Source: an uncultured Candidatus Saccharibacteria bacterium (lineage in GTDB: Bacteria; Patescibacteriota; WWE3; UBA101185; UBA10185). Taken from it: 64,000 nt of DNA. The translations under genes were made by a program, and so were the position numbers. The DNA is taken from positions 250,583-314,582 of the forward strand of contig CAYLMU010000002.1 of NCBI GenBank assembly GCA_964385105.1, written 5' to 3'. The notes under the pieces are model-generated. The model had not been told where the DNA came from. It was given only the letters and a program-made list of their open reading frames with translations, and did no database searches. Below are positions 1-8,762 of the stretch, piece by piece; the first letter of the stretch is position 1, and the number at the start of each line of letters is the position of its first letter.

Positions 1-40
1 TTGGTTAAGGATAAATGAGCAGACTACTCAGCAAGATGTT

Positions 41-277
41 TTGGCTATGTGGGATGATGTAGAGAAAGCAAAGGAGGTACTAAGAACTGATTGGGTGTAT
101 CCCAAGATTAGCGAAAGGGATTTAGAGATATACCTAAGAAATGAATTTGGAGATGAGAAATATGAGCAGATTGTTATGGATGAGAACTTTATTGCCAAAT
201 ATGACGATTTGGATAATGTGCAACTAACCAGAATAAAGTATGAAACAAATGAAAAACTTAAAAAATACCCTAAATAA
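41..277 (+). CDS. hypothetical protein (78 aa) in integrated element
   Basis: ORF only; no recognizable motifs. Confidence 0.3.
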   Translation: MAMWDDVEKAKEVLRTDWVYPKISERDLEIYLRNEFGDEKYEQIVMDENFIAKYDDLDNVQLTRIKYETNEKLKKYPK

Positions 278-332
278 TCCCGACCATTAGTGTGATTTTT
301 CAACCTATATTAAATGTTACCGTAAAGATGTT

Positions 333-596
333 ATGGGTAACATTGATATTAACTACAAATCAACAGACCTTTACGAGTCGGCATTTTTTATTGCAGTAGG
401 ACTTGAACTATCGGACCTTGATAGAGACAAGAGTCCTAATGTTTTTATATTTTCCTCAGATGAAATAGACCTCAACGAATTGGCTCAAGATTATTGGAGT
501 TATAAGGGAGAGGTGTGCCCCAAAAAATATGCGGATGCAATAAGAAGTCTTAAAAGCACTGTGTTTGCTGGTCAGAGAAAGCCAAATAAAAACTAA
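333..596 (+). CDS. hypothetical protein (87 aa)
   Basis: ORF only; acidic, no recognizable motifs. Confidence 0.3.
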   Translation: MGNIDINYKSTDLYESAFFIAVGLELSDLDRDKSPNVFIFSSDEIDLNELAQDYWSYKGEVCPKKYADAIRSLKSTVFAGQRKPNKN

Positions 597-821
597 TTTG
601 GAGGTTCTTTACTGCTCGTTAGGTAGTAAAGAGTTTCTAAAACTCTAGAGCAGGGGCTGTGTAGTGTCTAGTCCACCGACAAGGGTCTCAACGAATAGAA
701 GGACTTTTAACTACACCCAACTCATTCATACCTGAAAGTACTGATGACCTGAGCAGCATCTCAGGAGAGGGGTAACTATCAGGGAGAATAGATTGGGGAA
801 CTGGGGTTCGGGGGGCATTTT

Positions 822-1016
822 ATGAGTCGACAAGTAACTAAAAAAAGTACATTTCAAATACGCTTAGACTTCGGATGGTGGAAAATACTGTCTCAGCTTA
901 AAACTGACTCAGGAGAGTCATTTAGGAGTCTTGTAGAGTACGCTTTGGCAGAGACATACACTGGGATTTCGAAGTCTGAGTTAGAGGTAGTTTTCAAGGA
1001 GATGAAAAATGCTTAG
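822..1016 (+). CDS. small ribbon-helix-helix-like DNA-binding protein (64 aa)
   Basis: N-terminal predicted beta-strand (STFQIRLD) followed by two helices (WWKILSQL..., SFRSLVEYALAE) as in CopG/Arc RHH fold; located just upstream of recombinase. Confidence 0.35.
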   Translation: MSRQVTKKSTFQIRLDFGWWKILSQLKTDSGESFRSLVEYALAETYTGISKSELEVVFKEMKNA

Positions 1017-1185
1017 TAAGGAAACTTTGAATGAACTAAGACTAATTCTCCTAGAGGAGTTCAATTATGAGATGAGTGACTCTGATTTAGAAAACTTTGC
1101 CAAAAGACTTATTGGGCTTTTTGAAATGTTGATGAGACTCGAGTCCGAATATAAGGTTCGAAAGGTGTCTAGCACGCCTTCTTGA
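1009..1185 (+). CDS. small hypothetical protein (58 aa), start overlaps stop of upstream RHH ORF (ATGCTTAG)
   Basis: Hand-translated ORF MLSKETLNELRLILLEEFNYEMSDSDLENFAKRLIGLFEMLMRLESEYKVRKVSSTPS; below ORF-track length cutoff; translationally coupled geometry. Confidence 0.2.
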   Translation: MLSKETLNELRLILLEEFNYEMSDSDLENFAKRLIGLFEMLMRLESEYKVRKVSSTPS

Positions 1186-1225
1186 GAACAATTTGCATTA
1201 AATTAAACTTAAAGAAAGAAATAAA

Positions 1226-2803
1226 ATGAAAAATAAAAAAGCAGTATTATTTATTAGAGTATCAACGAAAGAACAAGCCGATGAGGGTAGTAGTCTTGAT
1301 GCTCAAAAAAGATTATTAAAAGATTATTCCGATAGAAAGAACTTAATCAAAAGTAAGATGGTTGAGGTATCAGAAAGTGCTAGAGGTAAGCAGGAAAGAA
1401 AAGCATTTAATGAATTGATAGAATACTTATACAGCCATCCAGATGTAAAAGATTTGATTTGCGAGAAGGTAGATAGGATTACTCGAAACTTCAAGGATGC
1501 AATCAAACTAAACGACTGGTTGGATGCTGATGAGGAGCGAAGGATTCACTTTGTTAAACAAAGTTTGATAATCCATAAAAACTCAACATCAAATGACAAG
1601 TTCCAATGGGACATTTACTTAGTTATGGCAAGACAATATAGTAACAACCTATCAGAGGAATCCAAGAAGGGTTTATATGAGCGTGCTACTCAGGGTTATT
1701 ATCCAGGAAATCAAAAGCGTGGTTACAAAACAATTGGAGAAGTCGGTAGGAAATCTTGGGTCATTGATGAGGATACAAAGGAACACAGGTCCATTAAAAA
1801 AGCATTTGAACTTTATGATACGGGTAACTTTACCTTAAGAACACTTTCATTAGAAATGGGAGAAAGAGGTTGGAAAGATTCCAAAGGTAAAAACATTTCA
1901 ACAAGTACTCTGCATAAACTTTTAAGTGACTGCTTTTATTGTGGTGAATTTACATTTGGTGGAAACCACTATCCTGATGGCAAACACGAGGCACTTATCT
2001 CACCAGAATTGTTTTATAGGGTTCAAGATAGACTAAACAGAAAAAACAAAGCGGGTAAGTTTAAGAAACATAGCTTTATTTTTGGCGGAGGGTTACTACA
2101 ATGTGGCGAATGTGGGCGAACAATTACTGCCGAGGAACAGAAAAAACACCACTACTATCATTGCACAAGGCACGAAACCGATTGTACACAAACAGAGTAT
2201 GTAAGAGAGGAACTAATAGAAAAACTTCTTACAACATTACTAGAGGGACTAAATGTTAGGAATAGTAAATTAAGTGAATGGATTAAGAAAGCTATCAAAG
2301 AAAATCACAAAGAGGAAGTCGAATACCACACAAGCACCATAACGCACCTAGATGCCGAATATAAGCGTGTACAAGACCGTCTAGATACTGCCTACGATGA
2401 TAAAGTAGATGGATTGATTAGCAAGGAACAGTATGAATCTGCAAGAGACAGGTATGAGAAACAATTGAAAGAAATTGTGGAGGCTAAAGCCAAACATACC
2501 GATTCCAATATAGATTATCTAAGGTTTGGAATGAACATTTTCGAATTGTCTCAAAAAGCAGCACAATTATACGAAAAGAAAGCTACACAAGATGATAAAA
2601 GACAACTACTTAGTTTTATATTTTCGAACCTAGAATTGAAAGATGGAAACATTGTACCTACCTATCATAATGGGTTTCAATTGGTTGCCAATCGGGCTAA
2701 AAGTGGTAATTGGCTGGGGGACAGGGATTCGAACCCCAATTTTCGGGACCAAAACCCGACGTGCTACCCTTACACCATCCCCCATCATCTTAAACCATGG
2801 TAA
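1226..2803 (+). CDS. large serine recombinase (resolvase/invertase N-domain + recombinase domain + zinc-ribbon)
   Basis: N-terminal AVLFIRVSTKEQ...SLDAQ with catalytic Ser context; DRITR motif; central recombinase domain; Cys cluster CGECGRT...HHYYHC; 3' 95 nt run antisense through tRNA-Gln. Confidence 0.85.
   Translation: MKNKKAVLFIRVSTKEQADEGSSLDAQKRLLKDYSDRKNLIKSKMVEVSESARGKQERKAFNELIEYLYSHPDVKDLICEKVDRITRNFKDAIKLNDWLDADEERRIHFVKQSLIIHKNSTSNDKFQWDIYLVMARQYSNNLSEESKKGLYERATQGYYPGNQKRGYKTIGEVGRKSWVIDEDTKEHRSIKKAFELYDTGNFTLRTLSLEMGERGWKDSKGKNISTSTLHKLLSDCFYCGEFTFGGNHYPDGKHEALISPELFYRVQDRLNRKNKAGKFKKHSFIFGGGLLQCGECGRTITAEEQKKHHYYHCTRHETDCTQTEYVREELIEKLLTTLLEGLNVRNSKLSEWIKKAIKENHKEEVEYHTSTITHLDAEYKRVQDRLDTAYDDKVDGLISKEQYESARDRYEKQLKEIVEAKAKHTDSNIDYLRFGMNIFELSQKAAQLYEKKATQDDKRQLLSFIFSNLELKDGNIVPTYHNGFQLVANRAKSGNWLGDRDSNPNFRDQNPTCYPYTIPHHLKPW
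2710..2783 (-). tRNA. tRNA-Gln (anticodon TTG)
   Basis: Manual fold of reverse complement: U1-A72 acceptor TGGGGGA/TCCCCCA, discriminator G, CCA encoded, anticodon loop TTTTGGT, T-loop TTCGAAT; resembles E. coli tRNA-Gln architecture. Confidence 0.85.
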
Positions 2804-2841
2804 ATTATAGCAGAGTATATCAGTTTTATTAAAAGAAGTTT

Positions 2842-2888
2842 AAAAAAAATCCCTGAGCCTTTTCAAATTTACTTGAATTGGCTCAGGG
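2842..2888 (-). terminator. Rho-independent terminator for membrane-protein gene 2905-3315
   Basis: Perfect 9-bp stem ccctgagcc/ggctcaggg followed on the minus strand by T8 tract. Confidence 0.5.
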
Positions 2889-2904
2889 CTTGATATCCAA
2901 TAAA

Positions 2905-3315
2905 CTATATGTGATCAGTAACTGCATTAAGCAATACGAAATAAAGCATTGCTATTACAGTTGACACTGCAGTTACTGGCAAATAGTAATGCCAACTTAG
3001 CACTTCCTCTAGGGAGGAGACACCGAGATAATCGCTGTAAAGTGCACTACCACCCACAAAAAATATCAGTGTTAGAGCGATAAAATGCAACACAGTTTTG
3101 TCAGTAAAACCACGTATAGACAAAACCACAGCAAGCGATAATAAGCCCATATAGCAGGATAGCATCAAAACATCAGTTACTACGTAAAATGCTGGTGCAA
3201 AAGCGGTGTACGCCACTTTAAATAGCACAGGAGTAACTATACTGTACAGCACTCCGTACAGCACTGCCGTCACTGCAACAACAACTACTCGCCGGGGTAA
3301 TCTTTTTGAAATCAT
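2905..3315 (-). CDS. small integral membrane protein (4 predicted TM segments), function unknown
   Basis: Hydrophobic segments throughout 136 aa. Confidence 0.4.
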   Translation of the reverse strand: MISKRLPRRVVVVAVTAVLYGVLYSIVTPVLFKVAYTAFAPAFYVVTDVLMLSCYMGLLSLAVVLSIRGFTDKTVLHFIALTLIFFVGGSALYSDYLGVSSLEEVLSWHYYLPVTAVSTVIAMLYFVLLNAVTDHI

Positions 3316-3445
3316 CCAAGTCCTCTCCTTTATTTAACGATATCGTACTGTATTATATCACATACTATAGGTTCAAATCACGTGTATTTTAAATAAGAAC
3401 CTTATATGTAACTAAACTAGACTTAGCATATTTTCGCATTTTCTT

Positions 3446-3454
3446 CGTGTTATA
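3446..3454 (+). promoter_or_regulatory. extended -10 element (TGTTATAAT) 9 nt upstream of ATG, possible leaderless transcript
   Basis: Sequence tgttataat at 3446-3454, ATG at 3464. Confidence 0.25.
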
Positions 3455-3463
3455 ATTCAGTTC

Positions 3464-4546
3464 ATGAAAACAGGAATTGCCAACTTACCATTACACGGCG
3501 GACAGGCTCCACCTTGGCTTTTTAAAAAAATGACAGACCTGTCACGTGAAATAACCATTTATATCGTAGAAAACTACGGTTCTGATGAATTTTTAAATAG
3601 AGTTTCAAACCCAATCTGGTTTCAATCCTTAGGAAGTGTTTTAGGTTTTGACTGGCATAGCAGTGGACTCACAACTACCACTACCGCAGCTTTAAAAGAA
3701 GGAATAGAAGGAATGGAACACGAGCTTGGTATTTATATTTGCGGCGGAAAAGGAAAAACTGCAGTTAACACACCAAAAGAAATAGCAAATCATGCACCGC
3801 AAAATACAAATGCCTTAATTAAAGCTTCAAAATTAAGTGCAAAAGTAGACAATACGGCACTACAAGACGGATATAATTTATATCACCATGCTTTTTTCTT
3901 TAATAACAAAGGTAAATGGGCTGTTGTTCAACAGGGAATGAACGAACAAACAAAATATGCCCGAAGGTACCATTGGCTTTCTGATAACGTTAAGAGTTTT
4001 GTAGAAGAACCGCATGACGCTGTAGTGGGAGTAAAAGAAAAAAATACGCTAAACTTAGTCCACAAGAAAAGTAAAAAGTCACGAAAATCAATTGTTGAAG
4101 TTGCACAAGAAAACCCTGACAACACATTAAAGTTATGGAACAAAATAGTTGAACTCAACCTTCCTGCCAGACATGAAATTAAAGTTTCAGACTTACAGCC
4201 ACGCTTTTTAAAAAAAGTGCTTGTTCATACTTATGAAAATAAAACAAGTGATTTTGAAGACTTACTGGGAGTTGACGGTTTAGGCCCTAAAACTTTGCGC
4301 GCACTCACACTATTAGCTGAAGTAGCAACAGGAGCTCAGCCCTCATTTGAAGATCCGGTACAATATTCATTCGCCCATGGAGGAAAAGATGGTATCCCCT
4401 ACCCTGTTGACCGCAGAAACTATGACCATTCTATAAATTTTATGAAAAATGTAATTAATGGTGCAAAAATAGGTGTTAATGACAAAAGTGATGCATTAAA
4501 ACAATTGTACTTTTTTGAACAGGATGCAATTAGCACGACTAACTAG
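3464..4546 (+). CDS. DUF763-like protein (conserved archaeal/bacterial protein of unknown function)
   Basis: N-terminus MKTGIANLPLHGGQAPPWLF and internal GVDGLGPKTLRALTLLAEV resemble my recollection of DUF763 family; cannot verify without search. Confidence 0.4.
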   Translation: MKTGIANLPLHGGQAPPWLFKKMTDLSREITIYIVENYGSDEFLNRVSNPIWFQSLGSVLGFDWHSSGLTTTTTAALKEGIEGMEHELGIYICGGKGKTAVNTPKEIANHAPQNTNALIKASKLSAKVDNTALQDGYNLYHHAFFFNNKGKWAVVQQGMNEQTKYARRYHWLSDNVKSFVEEPHDAVVGVKEKNTLNLVHKKSKKSRKSIVEVAQENPDNTLKLWNKIVELNLPARHEIKVSDLQPRFLKKVLVHTYENKTSDFEDLLGVDGLGPKTLRALTLLAEVATGAQPSFEDPVQYSFAHGGKDGIPYPVDRRNYDHSINFMKNVINGAKIGVNDKSDALKQLYFFEQDAISTTN

Positions 4547-4560
4547 TACAATAACAAGGC

Positions 4561-5265
4561 ATGTTAATAAAACCTTCAAAGCAGCAGGCTACGCTAAAAT
4601 CAAAAAAATGGATAAGCTCTAAAGTTTTAGAAGTGACCTTTATCCCAAATTCAAAATTTAAATTTTTGCCCGGGCATTTTATAAATTTGAATATTCCGGA
4701 GGTTGCATATAGATCTTATTCAATTAGCTCAGACCCAAAAAACAAAAATGAGTTTCAAATTATTGTGTCTGCAAAACATAAAGGGCCTGGTGCCAATTAT
4801 CTTCGAAATTTAGAATCTGGTGAAACAGTAAATTTTATAGGTCCTTCGGGAAAATTTTTGTTTTCAAGCCAAAAGTCAAAAAACATTGTATTTCTTGCAA
4901 CAGGAACAGGAATTGCCCCTTTTCTTACTATGCTATATAACCTTAAACACACTAAAGCTAAATCCAAAATACATTTATACTGGGGTCTTAGAGACGAATC
5001 CGAAATTTTTTACATTGAACTACTAAATAACTTTAAAACAACTTTAAATTTTGATTATACAATTTGTCTTTCTAAACCAAGCAAAAAATGGCAAGAGCAT
5101 ACCGGAAGAATTACAAATCATTATGAGGTGTCATATCCTCGCACTGTGCATGTTTATTTATGCGGAAATCCAAGCATGGTTGATGAACTATTGCCAAAAC
5201 TTATAGACCAAGGCGTTAAACCTGAAAATATTTTTTATGAAAAATTCACACATTCAGAAAACTAA
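4561..5265 (+). CDS. FAD/NAD(P)-binding oxidoreductase, ferredoxin-NADP reductase-like
   Basis: RxYS FAD-binding motif (AYRSYSISS), G-rich NAD-binding motif LATGTGIAPF, typical FNR-like size and order. Confidence 0.65.
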   Translation: MLIKPSKQQATLKSKKWISSKVLEVTFIPNSKFKFLPGHFINLNIPEVAYRSYSISSDPKNKNEFQIIVSAKHKGPGANYLRNLESGETVNFIGPSGKFLFSSQKSKNIVFLATGTGIAPFLTMLYNLKHTKAKSKIHLYWGLRDESEIFYIELLNNFKTTLNFDYTICLSKPSKKWQEHTGRITNHYEVSYPRTVHVYLCGNPSMVDELLPKLIDQGVKPENIFYEKFTHSEN

Positions 5266-5335
5266 GTTTAGTGTTAAATAATGCTCATTAAATTAATGCT
5301 AAATACCGGGTACTATGTTAAAATATGTAAGCTTA

Positions 5336-5412
5336 GGGCGATTAGCTCAGCTGGTTAGAGCACTCGGCTTACATCCGAGAGGTCGTAGGTTCGAACCCTA
5401 CATCGCCCACCA
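5336..5412 (+). tRNA. tRNA-Val (anticodon TAC)
   Basis: Acceptor GGGCGAT/ATCGCCC, D-arm GCTCAGCTGGTTAGAGC, anticodon loop CTTACAT, T-loop TTCGAAC, CCA encoded. Confidence 0.9.
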
Positions 5413-5417
5413 GTACC

Positions 5418-6302
5418 ATGAAAAAAATTACAGCCATCTCATCACTTCTTGGAATAACTTTAGCCTTAATCGTTCTCAATACAGCTATACAAAAATATAA
5501 AATATTGCAAAAGCCTCCTGAAAGTGGCGATGAGCAAATCACTTATGTAAAATCTAATTTTCAGCCATTTTATCAACCAGAAGAAATTACTCAATCAAAC
5601 ATTATAAATTCTCAAAATATTAGAGGTGAATATGGCTTATATATTAAAAATCTAGTCACAGATGAATTACACGAGTACAACGCAGACAAAAGTTTTTATG
5701 GAGCTTCCCTTTATAAAATTCCAGTGTTTGTTGGTGTAATGAAAGCAGTCGAAGAAGGTGCTATTACTTTAAATACTGTCATTGAATACAAAGAACAGGA
5801 TTTTAATGAAGGAACCGGGATAATTTATCATAGCGGTTATGGCACAAAGTACACGGTTGAGGAACTTTTAAGCTTACTCATGAAACATTCCGATAACACG
5901 GCTCAAGCCATGCTTATTCGCTCAATCCCATCAAAATATATGACACAAGACATTTATCCTAATGACTTAAACTTAGGCAATTTTATAAATCAAAATCAGG
6001 TAACTCCGCGTGAGGTTGGCAATTTGCTCGAACAAATATATGAACATACCATACTAAATAAAGATGATTCTAAATTGCTCTTAAAATTTATGAGTGAAAC
6101 AGAATTTGACGATAGAATAAACAGCGGCCTTGATGATTCAAGGCTTTTCTCGCATAAAATCGGTAACTGGGGAGAAAGCGGTACATGGCATGATTGCGGC
6201 ATAATTTTATACCCTGAGCCTATTGTTGTGTGTTTAATGAGTGAAAATACAACTTTTGAAGACTTTTTAAATGTAAGCTCACAAATAGGCTCTCAACTGT
6301 AA
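5418..6302 (+). CDS. class A beta-lactamase-related serine hydrolase (secreted)
   Basis: Signal/anchor N-terminus; SxxK motif (SLYK), SDN motif (HSDNTAQ), K(T/I)G-like motif HKIGNWGE. Confidence 0.6.
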   Translation: MKKITAISSLLGITLALIVLNTAIQKYKILQKPPESGDEQITYVKSNFQPFYQPEEITQSNIINSQNIRGEYGLYIKNLVTDELHEYNADKSFYGASLYKIPVFVGVMKAVEEGAITLNTVIEYKEQDFNEGTGIIYHSGYGTKYTVEELLSLLMKHSDNTAQAMLIRSIPSKYMTQDIYPNDLNLGNFINQNQVTPREVGNLLEQIYEHTILNKDDSKLLLKFMSETEFDDRINSGLDDSRLFSHKIGNWGESGTWHDCGIILYPEPIVVCLMSENTTFEDFLNVSSQIGSQL

Positions 6303-6304
6303 AC

Positions 6305-6673
6305 TTATTTTTTAGAATGAAGAGAAATACGATTTCCTTCTGAATCCATAAATGTTGCCATATAACCGATTTCCTCCGACACGAGTGTTTTTGAAATTAC
6401 AATTGAACCACCTGCTTCTTCAACTTTTTCAAGTATAGTATTTAAGTCTTCGTCAACATGAAAATATATCAAAACACCATCTGAACTTGGAGAATACCAC
6501 TCTCCGGCAACAAGAGCACCTGACATAACATATTCTTCTGTTGGAAACCAAGCCATTTCAGTTTCACCTGTTTTAATTTTTTTAAACTCATAGCCAAAAA
6601 TTTGTGAATAAAATTTCATGGCTCTATCTAACTTAATAACGGGAATTTCAAACCAACTGAGCATATTTTTCAT
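6305..6673 (-). CDS. VOC family protein (glyoxalase/bleomycin-resistance fold)
   Basis: 122 aa; pattern WFEIPV...GALVAGEW...YFHVDD typical of glyoxalase-like domain proteins. Confidence 0.55.
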   Translation of the reverse strand: MKNMLSWFEIPVIKLDRAMKFYSQIFGYEFKKIKTGETEMAWFPTEEYVMSGALVAGEWYSPSSDGVLIYFHVDEDLNTILEKVEEAGGSIVISKTLVSEEIGYMATFMDSEGNRISLHSKK

Positions 6674-7029
6674 AGTTGCTCCTTAAATTTTATAGACAAA
6701 GAATTAACACAATGTCTGGTATTTTTTGGCGTGAAGCGCTCACCCTCAAAAACATGACCTAAATGACCGCCGCAGTTTGAACAAATTATTTCTGTTCTTA
6801 TGCCATCATCATCCAAAATACGCTTTACCGAACCTTCAAAATTGTCATCAAAACTTGGCCATCCGCACCCTGATTTAAATTTAGCTTCAGAAGTAAATAA
6901 TGGCTGATTACATTGCCTGCACACATATATCCCCTTTTTATAAAAACTGTCGTATTCACCCGTAAATGGTGGTTCTGTTGCTTTACCCTTGATAACACGC
7001 TCTTCTTCAGGTGTTAATTTGTTGTACAT
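6670..7029 (-). CDS. msrB: peptide-methionine (R)-S-oxide reductase MsrB
   Basis: Two CxxC pairs (CRQCNQPLF, CSNCGGHLGHVF), GCGWPSF and RHCVNS signature motifs. Confidence 0.9.
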   Translation of the reverse strand: MYNKLTPEEERVIKGKATEPPFTGEYDSFYKKGIYVCRQCNQPLFTSEAKFKSGCGWPSFDDNFEGSVKRILDDDGIRTEIICSNCGGHLGHVFEGERFTPKNTRHCVNSLSIKFKEQL

Positions 7030-7056
7030 GACAATATATTACATTAATATATTACT

Positions 7057-8067
7057 GTGGCAAATGACACGTTAAACGTAAAAAAAGTTGGAATAATATA
7101 CAGCGATGTTAAGCGGGAGTATTTTCCTACCGAAGAGCAATATATTACCGAAAAAGATGCAGCTGAAGAAGCCAAACTTATAGCAAAAGAAATTGAGAAA
7201 CTTGGTATCGAAGTTGAGCTTTACCCCGGCAATGAAGATTTAGCCGAAAAAATTAAAAAAACCAAACCTGAAATGGTATTTAATCTTGTGGATTCAGTAA
7301 AAGGCAATGAGTATCTAACCTCAACAATCCCTGGAATTTTGGATATTATAGATATTCCGTATACAGGAGCAGGATTGTTGGGACTGGCACTTTGCTACAA
7401 CAAATTTTTAACCAGAAAATTACTCAGAAATGCAGGAATTCCGGTTGCAAATTTTCAACTTTTTAATACGGCATCCGACTCGCTTGATACTGAGTTAAGA
7501 TTTCCTCTTATTTCAAAATTAAACGAAATTCATGGCGCTGTTGAAATGACACAAGACGCTGTTTCAGAAAACGAAAAACATTTGCGTGAACGCATAAAGT
7601 ACCTAATATCTACTTATAACCAACCTGTCCTAGTCGAGGAATTTATTGCAGGACGTGAAATCACCGTTTTAATTTTAGAAGGTACGCATACAAAAACGTA
7701 TATGGCTGAAAAGGTATTTAACAAACCTGATGAAAAATATGTTTTTGCAACATTTGACGACCAATGGGGTGAATTTACTGCCGACAAATCTACCTGGCCT
7801 TATGTTTACCAAAAATTTGATGATGAAAAACTCAAAGATTTTTCTAAGAAGGCTTTTGAACTGACTCGAATGGCTGATTATGGAAAATTTGACGTAAGAC
7901 TTGATATTTCAGGAAGATTTTATTTCATAGACTCAAACGCCAATCCGGCATTTGGACCAAAAACCTTAAGCACTGCCGTAGGCCTCATAATTGAAGAACT
8001 CTACGGCGTGCCTTTTGCTGAGATTTTAACCAGACTCATTAGGAATACACTTTATTCAAACGAGTAA
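7057..8067 (+). CDS. ATP-grasp family protein, D-alanine--D-alanine ligase-like
   Basis: N-terminal Ddl-like pre-ATP-grasp region, C-terminal ATP-grasp core (FDVRLDISGRFYFIDSNANP); N-terminus diverges from canonical Ddl so specific activity uncertain. Confidence 0.5.
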   Translation: MANDTLNVKKVGIIYSDVKREYFPTEEQYITEKDAAEEAKLIAKEIEKLGIEVELYPGNEDLAEKIKKTKPEMVFNLVDSVKGNEYLTSTIPGILDIIDIPYTGAGLLGLALCYNKFLTRKLLRNAGIPVANFQLFNTASDSLDTELRFPLISKLNEIHGAVEMTQDAVSENEKHLRERIKYLISTYNQPVLVEEFIAGREITVLILEGTHTKTYMAEKVFNKPDEKYVFATFDDQWGEFTADKSTWPYVYQKFDDEKLKDFSKKAFELTRMADYGKFDVRLDISGRFYFIDSNANPAFGPKTLSTAVGLIIEELYGVPFAEILTRLIRNTLYSNE

Positions 8068-8081
8068 TCCGTTAGCAGTAC

Positions 8082-8624
8082 TTATTTCTCAAGCTTTTTC
8101 TCAAGCCCATCTGCTAATGCCCTAATTTCACTTACAGGCATTTGACTTAAGTGTCCGTATCCATTTTCCACAACCATTTTTGTTATCCTATGACCAATAT
8201 TTTGTGAAGTCGGATGCAATTTAGCAGTTATTGCATACAACCTTTTTATTTCTTTAACGGCACTGTCTTCTTTTGGCTGTGCAAGCAGTGTGTTTCTTAC
8301 TTTAGTCATTTCTTCTCTGCTTGGTCTTTTACCTTTAGGTGCATAACCTGCATTTGCCAAAGCTCTACCAATAGCAGATGTCTCACAGTTTTCAAGATGG
8401 CTGGTTGCGTTAACAACTCCCCCATGTCCTCGGGTTTCTTCGGCATAACCCGTAGCCCATGGTTTTTCTTCATCAAAATTTCTAAACAGGTAGGCTTTGA
8501 ATACCACCCTGTCGTCGTTATACTCCACCATTTCGGTTATAACTCTACCTTCTTTATACTGCTTGTGAAATTTTATAAGACGCTCTTCGACCGGTTCGTA
8601 ATCTTGTAGATTAAATTTAGTCAT
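8082..8624 (-). CDS. ERF-family-like single-strand annealing protein (phage-type recombinase), tentative
   Basis: Block VVFKAYLF...ATGYAEE...ATSHLENCETSAIGRALANAGY loosely aligns with P22 Erf core (YYVKATATI...ASAIAREEE...GATSSYARKYCLNGLFGI). Confidence 0.3.
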   Translation of the reverse strand: MTKFNLQDYEPVEERLIKFHKQYKEGRVITEMVEYNDDRVVFKAYLFRNFDEEKPWATGYAEETRGHGGVVNATSHLENCETSAIGRALANAGYAPKGKRPSREEMTKVRNTLLAQPKEDSAVKEIKRLYAITAKLHPTSQNIGHRITKMVVENGYGHLSQMPVSEIRALADGLEKKLEK

Positions 8625-8762
8625 GTTACCTCTACTTTCTAATTTTATTACTGTATTTTACTAATTCGGGTCTTTTTCGGGTATGATTATATCATATATT
8701 ATGAAATGTCAAAATGGTTAATATGTTGTCATATAAGCATTTTTAAAAGAATGTAAACAGTT

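Larger units (their letters stand above)
1..2783. mobile_element. Integrated element (partial, continues left of window) bounded on the right by tRNA-Gln. Carries a large serine recombinase at the tRNA-proximal end.
   Basis: Large serine recombinase 1226-2803 lies against the 3' half of tRNA-Gln (2710-2783, minus); tRNA 3' end points into the element; upstream small ORFs include an RHH-like protein; GC-rich non-coding block at 597-821. Confidence 0.5.

Noticed and set aside
5315-5500. ORF-track ORFs overlapping tRNA genes (5315-5500 over tRNA-Val; 29687-29875 over tRNA-Gly; 34427-34687 over tRNA-Lys; 59512-59757 over tRNA-Glu)
   Set aside because: Their translations contain the GFEP/GIEP peptides typical of T-arm antisense or sense reading (..RFEPY.., ..GIEPS.., ..GFEPRA..). 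They lie entirely on structured RNA genes. Treated as spurious.
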